Virus record (IMG/VR): IMGVR_UViG_3300026963_000002
Reading direction: 5' to 3' (one strand)
DNA: 20,000 nt
Source: an uncultured virus (IMG/VR IMGVR_UViG_3300026963_000002)
Taxonomy: Duplodnaviria; Heunggongvirae; Uroviricota; Caudoviricetes; Thumleimavirales; Hafunaviridae
Position 1 is the stretch's first letter; each line of letters begins with the position of its first letter. A program made the translations under genes and the position numbers. This document shows positions 1 to 7,967 of this stretch, in pieces. The notes beneath the pieces were generated by a model. That model had not been told where the DNA came from, did not search any database, and saw nothing but the letters and a program-made list of their open reading frames with translations.

Positions 1-2
1 TA

Positions 3-356
3 ACTTACAAAGAAGTGCCCATGATGCACCAATTCCCCGGACACATCCAGTCTATCACGGAGGGTTCTCGCGTCCTCCTTGACCGGACGGCGGATAATCT
101 GTGGGTGATTCTTGGTGTTCTCGAAACGAACGAGGATATTCTACCGGACGATGTGACCGAGAATGAGCAGGTGATGGCGTTCGATGATGGGACTGAGATC
201 AGCGTCAAGCAGTCCGACACGGACGGCTACGACGTGAATATCAACGCATCGAGTGAGTTGAACATCAAAGCATCCGGGGACGTGACGATTGAGACGGGGG
301 GACACCTTCAGTTCAAGTCGTCTTCGGTTGACTTCGACACCTCTGGTGGAGAATGA
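3..356 (+). CDS. Baseplate central spike protein (gpV/gp5-like), 5'-truncated by the window edge
   Basis: The frame is open from position 3 (TYKEVPMMHQFPGHI...EGSRVLL, resembling the end of an OB fold). Beta-helix-like repeats follow (VNINASSELNIKASGDVTIETGG). It lies directly upstream of, and overlaps, a PAAR gene. Confidence 0.65.
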   Translation, partial: TYKEVPMMHQFPGHIQSITEGSRVLLDRTADNLWVILGVLETNEDILPDDVTENEQVMAFDDGTEISVKQSDTDGYDVNINASSELNIKASGDVTIETGGHLQFKSSSVDFDTSGGE

Positions 357-724
357 GCAAGAAGTGGGTAGTCCACGGCGCGAGCTGTGAGGCGGACGGC
401 CACCCCGGAGAGTGCCAAGCGACTGTCTCCGGTTCGACGCAGGACAACGACGGCGATACGTCCGTGACTATCAACGGAGTTCCTGTCACCGACCACGGCG
501 ACTCGATGCGGTTCGACTCTCACGCTCACAACTACGTGGAAACAGACGACGGTGGCTACTGCGACGACTACTACGGCCACGATCTCGTTCCCGACCAGAA
601 CCCCGATGTAACGATTAACGGACGCCCGATTGTACGAGTCGGGGATAGTACGAGCGACCCCGGAGCGGGTACTGCCGTAGTGCTGGATAGTGGCGGCAAC
701 GGGACGGTCACGCACACGGAATAA
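353..724 (+). CDS. PAAR-like spike-tip protein
   Basis: Repeated VTINGVPVTDHGD / VTINGRPIVRVGD motifs with His/Cys potential metal ligands; ATGA overlap with the spike gene. Confidence 0.8.
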   Translation: MSKKWVVHGASCEADGHPGECQATVSGSTQDNDGDTSVTINGVPVTDHGDSMRFDSHAHNYVETDDGGYCDDYYGHDLVPDQNPDVTINGRPIVRVGDSTSDPGAGTAVVLDSGGNGTVTHTE

Positions 725-745
725 GCCGCTCAGCCGCTCACATCG

Positions 746-753
746 TATATAAA
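746..753 (+). promoter_or_regulatory. Putative TATA box (TATATAAA) upstream of the wedge gene
   Basis: AT-rich intergenic stretch 725-790 containing TATATAAA about 40 nt before the ATG at 791. Confidence 0.4.
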
Positions 754-790
754 CCCTTTACCATTAATAGTATTAGAGGACTCCCTTCGT

Positions 791-1117
791 ATGCTTGATT
801 TAGCCCTTGATAGTGACTTCTCCGTTTTTCTTGACGGAAGTAACGACCTTGCGACGGTGAGCGGGAGGGAACAGTTCGAGCAGTCGGTCGTGATTATGCT
901 CACCGAGCTGATGCGGGACTCCGCTATCGGGGAGTTCGACCAAGCGACCATCGAGCAGAAGCTCAAGCTCGAAGCATCGAGGGTAGCACGCAAGCACGAC
1001 CGAATCTCCGAGATTTCAGGAATCAGCGTGGCCCCGCACAAGGACAATCCGCACGCCTACGTTATCGGTATCGACTACAAATCGGACGAATTTTTCGAGG
1101 AAACAATTATTGAATGA
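791..1117 (+). CDS. Baseplate wedge / sheath initiator protein (gp25 / Mu gp46-like)
   Basis: 108 aa; DLAL...DLATVSG.E...Q start and HDRISEI motif typical of this family; sits between PAAR and baseplate J. Confidence 0.7.
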   Translation: MLDLALDSDFSVFLDGSNDLATVSGREQFEQSVVIMLTELMRDSAIGEFDQATIEQKLKLEASRVARKHDRISEISGISVAPHKDNPHAYVIGIDYKSDEFFEETIIE

Positions 1118-2349
1118 CGATTAACGAAGACGGCTCGTTTGGCGGCGATACTGAGGTGGAAATACTCGATGCGATGGTTGCCGACGCGAAGCAGTATTGG
1201 TCAGAGGACATTAAGGAGTCTGACCTTGCTGTAATTCGCAATTTCTACCGGCCTATCGCTCGGCGTCTCGCTCAAGCTCAGGACGATATTGGACTCGTTC
1301 TTGAATCAACGCAGATAGACAACGCGGATGGCGCGGCTCTCGATCTTCTCACGGCGCTCATCGGCGTCACCCGAGAACCCGCAGTTCGCGCTGAGGGTTA
1401 TGTGACGTTCTCTCGCGGCGACACCGCCGAGATGGACTACAACATCCCTGCGGGGACGGAGGTTCAAACACGAACCGAACCCCCAATCGAGTTTGTGACG
1501 ACCGAGGGCGCGGTTATCGCGGAGGGTGAACTTTCTACCACCGCTCCGGTGATTGCGGTGGAACCCGGCGCTCAGAGTAACTTGGGGTCGAATACGATTA
1601 CGGCCCTGCCTGTTCCTCTCTCCGGCGTCGAGCAGGTTACGAACGAGGAGAGTACGGCTGGCGGTGAGAACCGCGAGACTGACGAACTTCTCCGCGACCG
1701 AGCGAAAGGAGAGCTGGCTGAGGGTTCGAGCGCGACTGGCCCGGCGCTGGTGACTGCTGTTCAGCAGGTCGAAGGCGTGACCTCGGTGAGCATCCTCATC
1801 AACGACACCCCGGACGAGAATGGTCGCGGCTACAACCTCCCAGCCAACTCCGGTGAGCTGGTCGTGACCGGCGGCGACGACTCCGCGATTGCTCAGGCGA
1901 TTTTGGACACGAAGGGGATGGATTCGACCCTGATTGCGGGGGTGAACGGAGTCGGTGTTCCGGGCGTGGAGGCTGAACTTCCGAACGGTCAGACGCACCC
2001 GGTTGACTTCTCGCGGGCGAACCCTGTGACCATCTACATCGAGGCAGATGTAGCGGTCAATTCGACTTACGAGAGCGACGAGGACGTTCTTGACAGCATC
2101 GTGAAGTACGTCGGTGGACAGACCACGGACGGCTTCGAGCGCGACGGCGAGCTTGGTGTGACCGACGACGTTCTCTACGGCGAGATCGAGTACCGGATTC
2201 GGGATATTCCCGGCGTGTACGACGTGACGAGGCTCAAGATTGGTCGCACAGACCCCCCGGAGTCCACGGACAACATCTCTATCGGGAACATGGAGGAGGC
2301 GAACACGGACGCTCGCACGGACATTACGCTCACGACGACCGAGGTGTAG
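1114..2349 (+). CDS. Baseplate J-like protein (Mu gp47-like)
   Basis: ADGAALDLL...GVTREPAVRAEGYVTF, IPAGTEV, VIAVEPG...N, VTNEE..AGGENRETDELLRDR and VEGV motifs characteristic of Baseplate_J. Confidence 0.9.
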   Translation: MTINEDGSFGGDTEVEILDAMVADAKQYWSEDIKESDLAVIRNFYRPIARRLAQAQDDIGLVLESTQIDNADGAALDLLTALIGVTREPAVRAEGYVTFSRGDTAEMDYNIPAGTEVQTRTEPPIEFVTTEGAVIAEGELSTTAPVIAVEPGAQSNLGSNTITALPVPLSGVEQVTNEESTAGGENRETDELLRDRAKGELAEGSSATGPALVTAVQQVEGVTSVSILINDTPDENGRGYNLPANSGELVVTGGDDSAIAQAILDTKGMDSTLIAGVNGVGVPGVEAELPNGQTHPVDFSRANPVTIYIEADVAVNSTYESDEDVLDSIVKYVGGQTTDGFERDGELGVTDDVLYGEIEYRIRDIPGVYDVTRLKIGRTDPPESTDNISIGNMEEANTDARTDITLTTTEV

Positions 2350-2353
2350 TTGA

Positions 2354-3007
2354 ATGGCGACGATTCACGATGAGGTTGAGCAACTGGTTAACTCGCTTCC
2401 GTCGTACTACGCTGACGACGACGAGAGCGGAAATTGGAAACTGCTCGATGCGGTTGGCCGCCAAGTAGTTGACCTCGACGGCGACATTCAGACGCTCGAT
2501 GATGAGACGACCGTTCAGGAAGCGATGGACGTGGACTCCCTCGAAGAACTCGCAGGGATGGTTCAAGTCCAGCGGTACTCCGGTGAGAGCCGCGATCACT
2601 ACCGAGCGCGGATTCTTGCTGAGTATCAGCTCAACACGAGCGAGGGTACTATCGAGGACGCTTTCGGCTCGATAGCCACTATTCTTGGGTGCGAGATCGA
2701 GGACTTGTGGTTTCAGGACTGGCGGTTCCTCTTTGGAGAGGTTCACAACCGCACGGTCTGTTTCCTTCTTCCCTACGACGACGTTCAGAACATCAACCTC
2801 TCGGGGCCGGAAATTTCGGAGGTCGTTCAGAAGCTCGCTCCGGTCGGGACTACGGTAAAGTCGCAGTATAACGGCTCGCTCCTCTACAAGACGAAGGACG
2901 AGTACGAAAGGACGAACTGGAGCGGTTACAGCGGCGGCTACGACGCTCTTGACTCCGAGGGCGACCCGACCGGAGAGGGCGGGACAAAAGGAGGACTGAT
3001 TCGATAA
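2354..3007 (+). CDS. Baseplate wedge protein (Mu gp48 / P2 gpI-like)
   Basis: LPSYY start, SLEELA...R.SGES.DHYRARI, GT..., and VQKLAPVG motif; immediately follows baseplate J. Confidence 0.7.
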   Translation: MATIHDEVEQLVNSLPSYYADDDESGNWKLLDAVGRQVVDLDGDIQTLDDETTVQEAMDVDSLEELAGMVQVQRYSGESRDHYRARILAEYQLNTSEGTIEDAFGSIATILGCEIEDLWFQDWRFLFGEVHNRTVCFLLPYDDVQNINLSGPEISEVVQKLAPVGTTVKSQYNGSLLYKTKDEYERTNWSGYSGGYDALDSEGDPTGEGGTKGGLIR

Positions 3008-4705
3008 ATGGCATACACTTCTAAACTCAAGGAATGGGGAGCCGTCGCTGAGGAGCGGGCCGAGTTCCCTGATGGGTACAGGTACACGAAGGACAACCCG
3101 CCCGTCACTCACTACGACAACTTCCTCGTTCACAATCTCATCGAGGACGTTCAGCATCTTGTTGACCTCACGAACGAGATCGACCCGGACAACGACGGGC
3201 AGGTGGCTGACGCTGAGACGCTTCAGGGGAAGTCTCCCTCTCAGCTTGGTGGCTTCAAGTTCATTCAGTCGGACAATCCCGACGAGCTGACGCAGGGGAC
3301 GACGTGGTTCAAGGATTCAGCTCACCTTCTGTTCGTCTCTGATGGCGAGCAGTACGATGTGTTCCCCGAGATGGGGTACGATGAGACTCCCGACTTCAGC
3401 GGTTCCGAAGGGTTCTCGCTGACGCACGAAACCCCGGCACGAACTCGACTCGATGCGGGGAGCCTCAAACTCATCAACGAGCAGGTCGTCGCTGACTTCG
3501 AGAACGGTATCTCCCCCGACCATCACGCTTGGTGGTGGAGCGACACCTCCGGTATTTCTCACACCGGGAGTCGCGCCGAGATCACGTCGGTCGGGGAAGC
3601 CTACACGCCTCAGCTTCAGCGGGACGTTCCCGTGGCTCAGGATATTGAGTTCTCCTTCGAGGTGGGTGAGGACACGGCGAACATAAACGACGAGTCGATC
3701 ATCCGACTGGACGACGAGAACGGGAACCGTGAGTTGGAGATTCAGTTCAACGACGGCGCGGGGAACGTCTCTCTGAGTGACGGCACGGAACTGCTCCCCG
3801 AGTGGACTGCCGGGCAGACCTACGTGTTCGAGGTAGACCCGGACTTCAACGCCGGGACGGTCGATGTGACAATCGACGGCTCGACGATCATCAGCGGTCG
3901 CACTATGGGTGCCACCGCTATCTCGAACATCTGGTTCGGCTCGAAGACGACGGACTCCGGGGCTACTCGGAGCGTGTACGTAGACGATGTTCACACCGGA
4001 GCGCGGGAGTACGGTGAAGTCGTCGTGTCTTGCCCCGAACCGGATTCACGCATCGAGGGGTGGGACTTGCTCCGGTTCGACCGGACGGTGGCCGGAGAGA
4101 GCGTTGTAGTTGATGTGGAGGACGAGAACGGAAACACGCTCGTTGCTGACATTGATTCCAACGAAGACCTCTCGGCGGCTGTTGACGCGGCGACGAACCC
4201 GCAGATTCGGGTGAAGTTCACGCGAGCGAATACGGCGAACAATCCGTCGTTTGATTCGCTGTACCGACGGTGGGTTCTCCGCCCCGGTGACAACGGCGTG
4301 AACATCCGAGCCTTCGGCTCTGACGGCGCTGACAACGTTCACGAAATCAACTTCACGGCCCCGGTCACGAGGGACGAGGATGGCCGCGTAACGGTTGACC
4401 TCGACCCGAGGTACGTGAACGTTACCGGCGACTCGATGAGCGGCGACCTCGACGTGAACGCTCGCGTTGAGGTTGGTGACGATCTCGTTCTTGACGACGA
4501 TGATGGACAGCAGTATATCGTCGTTGGGAAGGATTCAGACACCCTCACGATTGCCGAGCAGGGCGGTTCTGCGTTCGAGCAGATGGATGTGAACGCCCGG
4601 TCGTTCACGAAACAAGGCCACGAAGTGTGGCACGACGGGAATCGAGACGGACGGCAGAATCAGCGGATGCATATGCACACTCGGCTCGCTCGTCGGGTAA
4701 ACTAA
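3008..4705 (+). CDS. Tail fibre protein
   Basis: Position after the baseplate genes; DAETLQG motif; C-terminal RYVNVTGDSMSGDL and GHEVWHDGN motifs resembling phage long tail-fibre repeats; central beta-rich domain. Confidence 0.75.
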   Translation: MAYTSKLKEWGAVAEERAEFPDGYRYTKDNPPVTHYDNFLVHNLIEDVQHLVDLTNEIDPDNDGQVADAETLQGKSPSQLGGFKFIQSDNPDELTQGTTWFKDSAHLLFVSDGEQYDVFPEMGYDETPDFSGSEGFSLTHETPARTRLDAGSLKLINEQVVADFENGISPDHHAWWWSDTSGISHTGSRAEITSVGEAYTPQLQRDVPVAQDIEFSFEVGEDTANINDESIIRLDDENGNRELEIQFNDGAGNVSLSDGTELLPEWTAGQTYVFEVDPDFNAGTVDVTIDGSTIISGRTMGATAISNIWFGSKTTDSGATRSVYVDDVHTGAREYGEVVVSCPEPDSRIEGWDLLRFDRTVAGESVVVDVEDENGNTLVADIDSNEDLSAAVDAATNPQIRVKFTRANTANNPSFDSLYRRWVLRPGDNGVNIRAFGSDGADNVHEINFTAPVTRDEDGRVTVDLDPRYVNVTGDSMSGDLDVNARVEVGDDLVLDDDDGQQYIVVGKDSDTLTIAEQGGSAFEQMDVNARSFTKQGHEVWHDGNRDGRQNQRMHMHTRLARRVN

Positions 4706-4724
4706 CTCTTAGAAGCTACTATAT

Positions 4725-5789
4725 ATGGTCAATTACGGAGCAGGACTCTCTGGTAACAAGACAGTCTCAAGTAATGAAACGGCGAATACCGTTATTCTTC
4801 AGTACGAAAATCTAACCATCGAGTCGGGGGTGACGTTTACTGTTCCCTCGCCCGCATCTATTCTGGTTCAGGATACTCTGCGGGTTGATGGAACCCTCCG
4901 CGTAGATTATAGCGCGGCGGGTGGTTCTGGTGGTGGAAATATGGGGCCTCCCGGCGGTGACGCTGGCGGTTCTCTTTCAATCGCCGCTAAAACTGTTGAT
5001 GGTACTGGTACTATCTCAGCAGTCGGTAAGAGTGGGGGAACGAATAACAACAATAACAGCTACGACAATTCCAACTCAAATTCAAATTCGGGTAGCGGCT
5101 ATGCTATTCCGTATGCTGGAATTAGTGGCTCTGATGCATCGGGTGGCCCCTCTGGTCGCAGACCGAATAACACCAACTCCAATGTCATGTCCAACTCGGT
5201 TTCCGGCCCGAACGGAATCCAAGAGGACATTCGACTCAAGGAGTTCGTTGAAGACTACCTGATCTCCGGCTCCTACATCACCGAGTCCGTTCTGGACATT
5301 ATCCTGAGCGGTAGTGGTGGTGGAGGCGGTCGTGGCGAATACGACAACTCATCCGGTGAATATGCCTCCGGTGGCGGTGGCGGTGCTGGCGGTAGTCTGA
5401 TTACGTCCGGCGGAAACGGCGGTCGCGGTGGCGCACAGGACGGTGGTATGTGTGGAGCTGGCGGTGGTGGCGGTGGAGCTGGTGGCTTCGTCGCCCTCAT
5501 CACCGAGAACTACGTCGGAGATATTACTGTCAAAGCAGACGGCGGAGATGGCGGCGATGGTGGCGACGGAATGAGCTACTTCAACGGGAACGACAACTCC
5601 AACGGCGGCGGTGGCGGTGGAGGTGGCGGTTCCGGTGGCCTCGCTCTCTACTACGTCAACGACGGACAGGTTCCGACCACGAACGTCACGGGAGGTTCTG
5701 GTGGGACTAACTTGGGCGACCGTGGTGAACCCGGAAACGCCGGACGTGACGGTACTGCTCTCGTGTACGACGTTAGCAAAATCGCATAA
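4725..5789 (+). CDS. Glycine-rich tail-fibre adhesin / receptor-binding protein (T-even gp38-like polyglycine type)
   Basis: YENLTIESGVT N-terminus followed by many GGGGG.GG motifs separated by Asn/Ser-rich loops; directly after the tail fibre gene. Confidence 0.75.
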   Translation: MVNYGAGLSGNKTVSSNETANTVILQYENLTIESGVTFTVPSPASILVQDTLRVDGTLRVDYSAAGGSGGGNMGPPGGDAGGSLSIAAKTVDGTGTISAVGKSGGTNNNNNSYDNSNSNSNSGSGYAIPYAGISGSDASGGPSGRRPNNTNSNVMSNSVSGPNGIQEDIRLKEFVEDYLISGSYITESVLDIILSGSGGGGGRGEYDNSSGEYASGGGGGAGGSLITSGGNGGRGGAQDGGMCGAGGGGGGAGGFVALITENYVGDITVKADGGDGGDGGDGMSYFNGNDNSNGGGGGGGGGSGGLALYYVNDGQVPTTNVTGGSGGTNLGDRGEPGNAGRDGTALVYDVSKIA

Positions 5790-5791
5790 TC

Positions 5792-6181
5792 ATGCCTACT
5801 GAAAAGACAATTCTTCTCATCCCTCCGGGTGGTCAAGCTCGGCCTGACCCGAGGTATGATGAAATTCGTGAATCGGAAGATGTTGAGGCCCCCGTCACAG
5901 TTCAGGAACTTGTCCCTGATGATGGTGAAACGTCGGTAGACCGCGCGTTCGTTACTGACGAGCGAAAGACGCTGGTTGGTGAAGCTATCGCTGACTACGA
6001 AGCTGAAAAGGCAAAGACTGACCCGGACGTTCAGGTTCAGTTGGATTCCCTTGAGCGAGCGATCTCGTATATGTGGGACGTAGTTTCCGCAGAAGACGTT
6101 GGCTCTGAGGCGCTTCGTGAACAGAGCAAAGAAACGGGCGACTCTACCGACAGCACGACTGACGACTCTACCTCGGCGTAA
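5792..6181 (+). CDS. Hypothetical acidic protein, possibly a tail-fibre/adhesin accessory or chaperone
   Basis: 129-aa ORF starting 2 nt after the adhesin stop; halophilic composition; function inferred from position only. Confidence 0.6.
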   Translation: MPTEKTILLIPPGGQARPDPRYDEIRESEDVEAPVTVQELVPDDGETSVDRAFVTDERKTLVGEAIADYEAEKAKTDPDVQVQLDSLERAISYMWDVVSAEDVGSEALREQSKETGDSTDSTTDDSTSA

Positions 6182-6200
6182 GCCGGGGTGCTTTTTCTTT
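6170..6200 (+). terminator. Hairpin (8 bp, GUAA loop) plus T-tract ending the tail operon
   Basis: ACCTCGGC-GTAA-GCCGGGGT (one G-U pair) followed by gcTTTTTcTTT. Confidence 0.55.
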
Positions 6201-6202
6201 CT

Positions 6203-6694
6203 ATGTTCCCGAGATTTCTACTCGATAGTGACGACGATTGGCAGGAGGGACTACGGGCGAACCTGTATCCACTCCTGCATCCCTACCTCAAGCCGCTCGG
6301 TGGCTATGCGGTCGGTGAAACGCGACTGAATCAGTACGTCGGGCGGTTCGACGAAGATGAAGAAAGCATCGAGGTGGAGCTGGTCGATGCTGGTTTCCGC
6401 CGCAATCCGATTGCGTGTTTCAAGTCGCTCCCCGATGGACGAGTGAGCGAAGGGTCGTGGGTTCTTCTGAACGAAGACGCTCCCGATCACGTCGCGCCGG
6501 GGATGCAACTGCACGTTACTATGTTTGAGCGCGACGACGGGCAGAAAGGTCGTGAGATATACGCCCACTACGAGGACGATTGGCGTTCGGCCCCGGTCGC
6601 TCATCTCCGCGCTATGAACTTCAGCGCCGCCGCTGGCGTTGATATTGCGGGAGATTACTTAGACGAGAGAACGTTCCTCGTCCGACAAGATTAG
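6203..6694 (+). CDS. Hypothetical protein (likely ATG start at 6203)
   Basis: Acidic ORF with motifs GFRRNP, SEGSWV, QLHVTMF, IYAHYE, PVAHL; no confident function. Confidence 0.7.
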   Translation: MFPRFLLDSDDDWQEGLRANLYPLLHPYLKPLGGYAVGETRLNQYVGRFDEDEESIEVELVDAGFRRNPIACFKSLPDGRVSEGSWVLLNEDAPDHVAPGMQLHVTMFERDDGQKGREIYAHYEDDWRSAPVAHLRAMNFSAAAGVDIAGDYLDERTFLVRQD

Positions 6695-6697
6695 TCT

Positions 6698-7531
6698 CTA
6701 CTCAACTTGCTCCGGTGGAAGCATACGCGAACCCGCCTTGTGTTGCCAGCGCCGGTCACGGTACGTAGAACCGTGTGAACTGAGTTCCGCCTTCGTTCTA
6801 CTCTTTTCCAGTTCTTCTTCCTCGGTCATGGGCCGCGCAGTCGCATCGGTAATCATCGAGTCTCGCTTGAAGGGAATTACCTGAACAATTGGAGTCCCGG
6901 CGTCAAAGATTCCGTCGAAGTCTCCGCCAGTCCACATGAAGGGGGCGTTCACTTCGTTGAAATAGTGGTCAATATCAACGACCCCCGAGAAGGGAGTGAA
7001 CGGCTGTCCGGGCCGATTCATCGGGTTCGTGATGAGCGCAGAGTACCCATCAGGAACCTTCATCGACCAGTAGTTGTGGAACTTCATAATCGGCCACTCG
7101 TGGTTCGGGAACATCTCCCCGCCCACCTGTTCGAGACTGTGATTTGAAATCATCTCCCGAGCAAACTCCCATTGGTATTCCACATATCCACCGTCCGCAA
7201 TGAACTGAACTTCTGCGGCGAGGGGGATAATCCAGCCCATCGTCATTGCTTCCATAAACGGGGCACAACGCTTGACGGTGGAACTCTTGATGTTTGAACG
7301 TTCGTTAGTAGAACCGTCTTCGGTCTTTGTCAGGTATTGGCCGAGTTGCTTGTACCATTCCGGCATGACCTTGTTCGCCGGGATGGGTTCGGGAATCGCT
7401 CCGTACAGTTCTTCCTCAGTCACAAACTCGATGAGCTGGTCTTCTTCCGGTTCTTCGTCTGCTGGTGAGCCGTCCGGCCTCACGTAGTTAGAGAGGTCAC
7501 TAACGGCATCGGTAACGCTCGAAAAATCCAT
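6698..7531 (-). CDS. DUF6065-like protein (possible dUTPase-like beta fold)
   Basis: PEWYK, TVKRCAPFMEAM..GWIIP, KFHNYW.MKVPDGYS.L..P.N, SGVVD.D and GTPIVQVIPFKR motifs recalled from this phage-associated family. Confidence 0.65.
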   Translation of the reverse strand: MDFSSVTDAVSDLSNYVRPDGSPADEEPEEDQLIEFVTEEELYGAIPEPIPANKVMPEWYKQLGQYLTKTEDGSTNERSNIKSSTVKRCAPFMEAMTMGWIIPLAAEVQFIADGGYVEYQWEFAREMISNHSLEQVGGEMFPNHEWPIMKFHNYWSMKVPDGYSALITNPMNRPGQPFTPFSGVVDIDHYFNEVNAPFMWTGGDFDGIFDAGTPIVQVIPFKRDSMITDATARPMTEEEELEKSRTKAELSSHGSTYRDRRWQHKAGSRMLPPEQVE

Positions 7532-7533
7532 TT

Positions 7534-7571
7534 GTCTTCACTCTATTAGACGCGGCACTATGACTTAAAGA
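7534..7571 (-). promoter_or_regulatory. Promoter copy 1 (TCTTTAAGTC-N9-CGTCTAATAGAGTGAAGAC) directed at the DUF6065-like gene
   Basis: TTTAAG TATA-like box about 32 nt upstream of the ATG at 7531; near-identical inverted copy at 7748-7785. Confidence 0.65.
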
Positions 7572-7602
7572 CTTCTTTTTGAGTCTTTAGTCTAAAAACG
7601 AT

Positions 7603-7740
7603 ATGATACCCGGAATTGAACAGACCCCGCCCCTCGTGGCGTGGGCACTCGGCTTCTTCATGGCATTGGCACTCAAACGCGGTCGAATCCAGAGTATCCT
7701 CGACCGATTCCTCCCCGTCGACGATCAGAATAAGAATTGA
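7603..7740 (+). CDS. Small 45-aa single-pass membrane protein (not in the ORF track)
   Basis: MIPGIEQTPPLVAWALGFFMALALKRGRIQSILDRFLPVDDQNKN*: a hydrophobic stretch followed by basic KRGR; coding-like GC inside an AT-rich spacer. Confidence 0.55.
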   Translation: MIPGIEQTPPLVAWALGFFMALALKRGRIQSILDRFLPVDDQNKN

Positions 7741-7747
7741 ATAGACA

Positions 7748-7785
7748 TCTTTAAGTCCTTATCCACCGTCTATTAGAGTGAGGAC
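7748..7785 (+). promoter_or_regulatory. Promoter copy 2 (TCTTTAAGTC-N9-CGTCTATTAGAGTGAGGAC) directed at the nrdJ leader
   Basis: Matches the reverse complement of 7534-7571 at 27 of 29 positions outside the 9-nt spacer. Confidence 0.65.
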
Positions 7786-7822
7786 TTCCGACGAACCCAC
7801 ACGGTTCCCCCTCGAAAAATCC

Positions 7823-7866
7823 ACACCCCGTACTACCCACTAAGGGAGTAGTACGGGGTGTTTTTC
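7823..7866 (+). terminator. Perfect 14-bp stem-loop followed by a T-tract (terminator/attenuator-like)
   Basis: ACACCCCGTACTAC (7823-7836) pairs with GTAGTACGGGGTGT (7848-7861); T-run at 7861-7865. Confidence 0.55.
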
Positions 7867-7967
7867 ACTCTCAGTAGTTCGCTTAGTAGAGTCTGAATAG
7901 AACAAACGACTCGATGTAGTGAACCACTCAGAGTAGTCCACCTACTATACTACTATCCTATACACAA

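Noticed and set aside
4900..5720. GGT/GGC and AAC repeats as a tandem-repeat array or DGR target
   Set aside because: Explained by Gly/Asn codons of the adhesin; no template repeat or reverse transcriptase in the window.
1..6181. Type VI secretion system or stand-alone contractile injection system because of the PAAR/spike genes
   Set aside because: The tail fibre, adhesin, RNR and tRNA att site fit a tailed provirus better; capsid genes cannot be checked within this window.
7790..7870. Cobalamin riboswitch upstream of nrdJ (CCACT...GGGAG resembles part of the B12 element)
   Set aside because: The core GGGAA, CCCGCxACTGT and AGYCAG motifs are not present; only a simple hairpin is supported.
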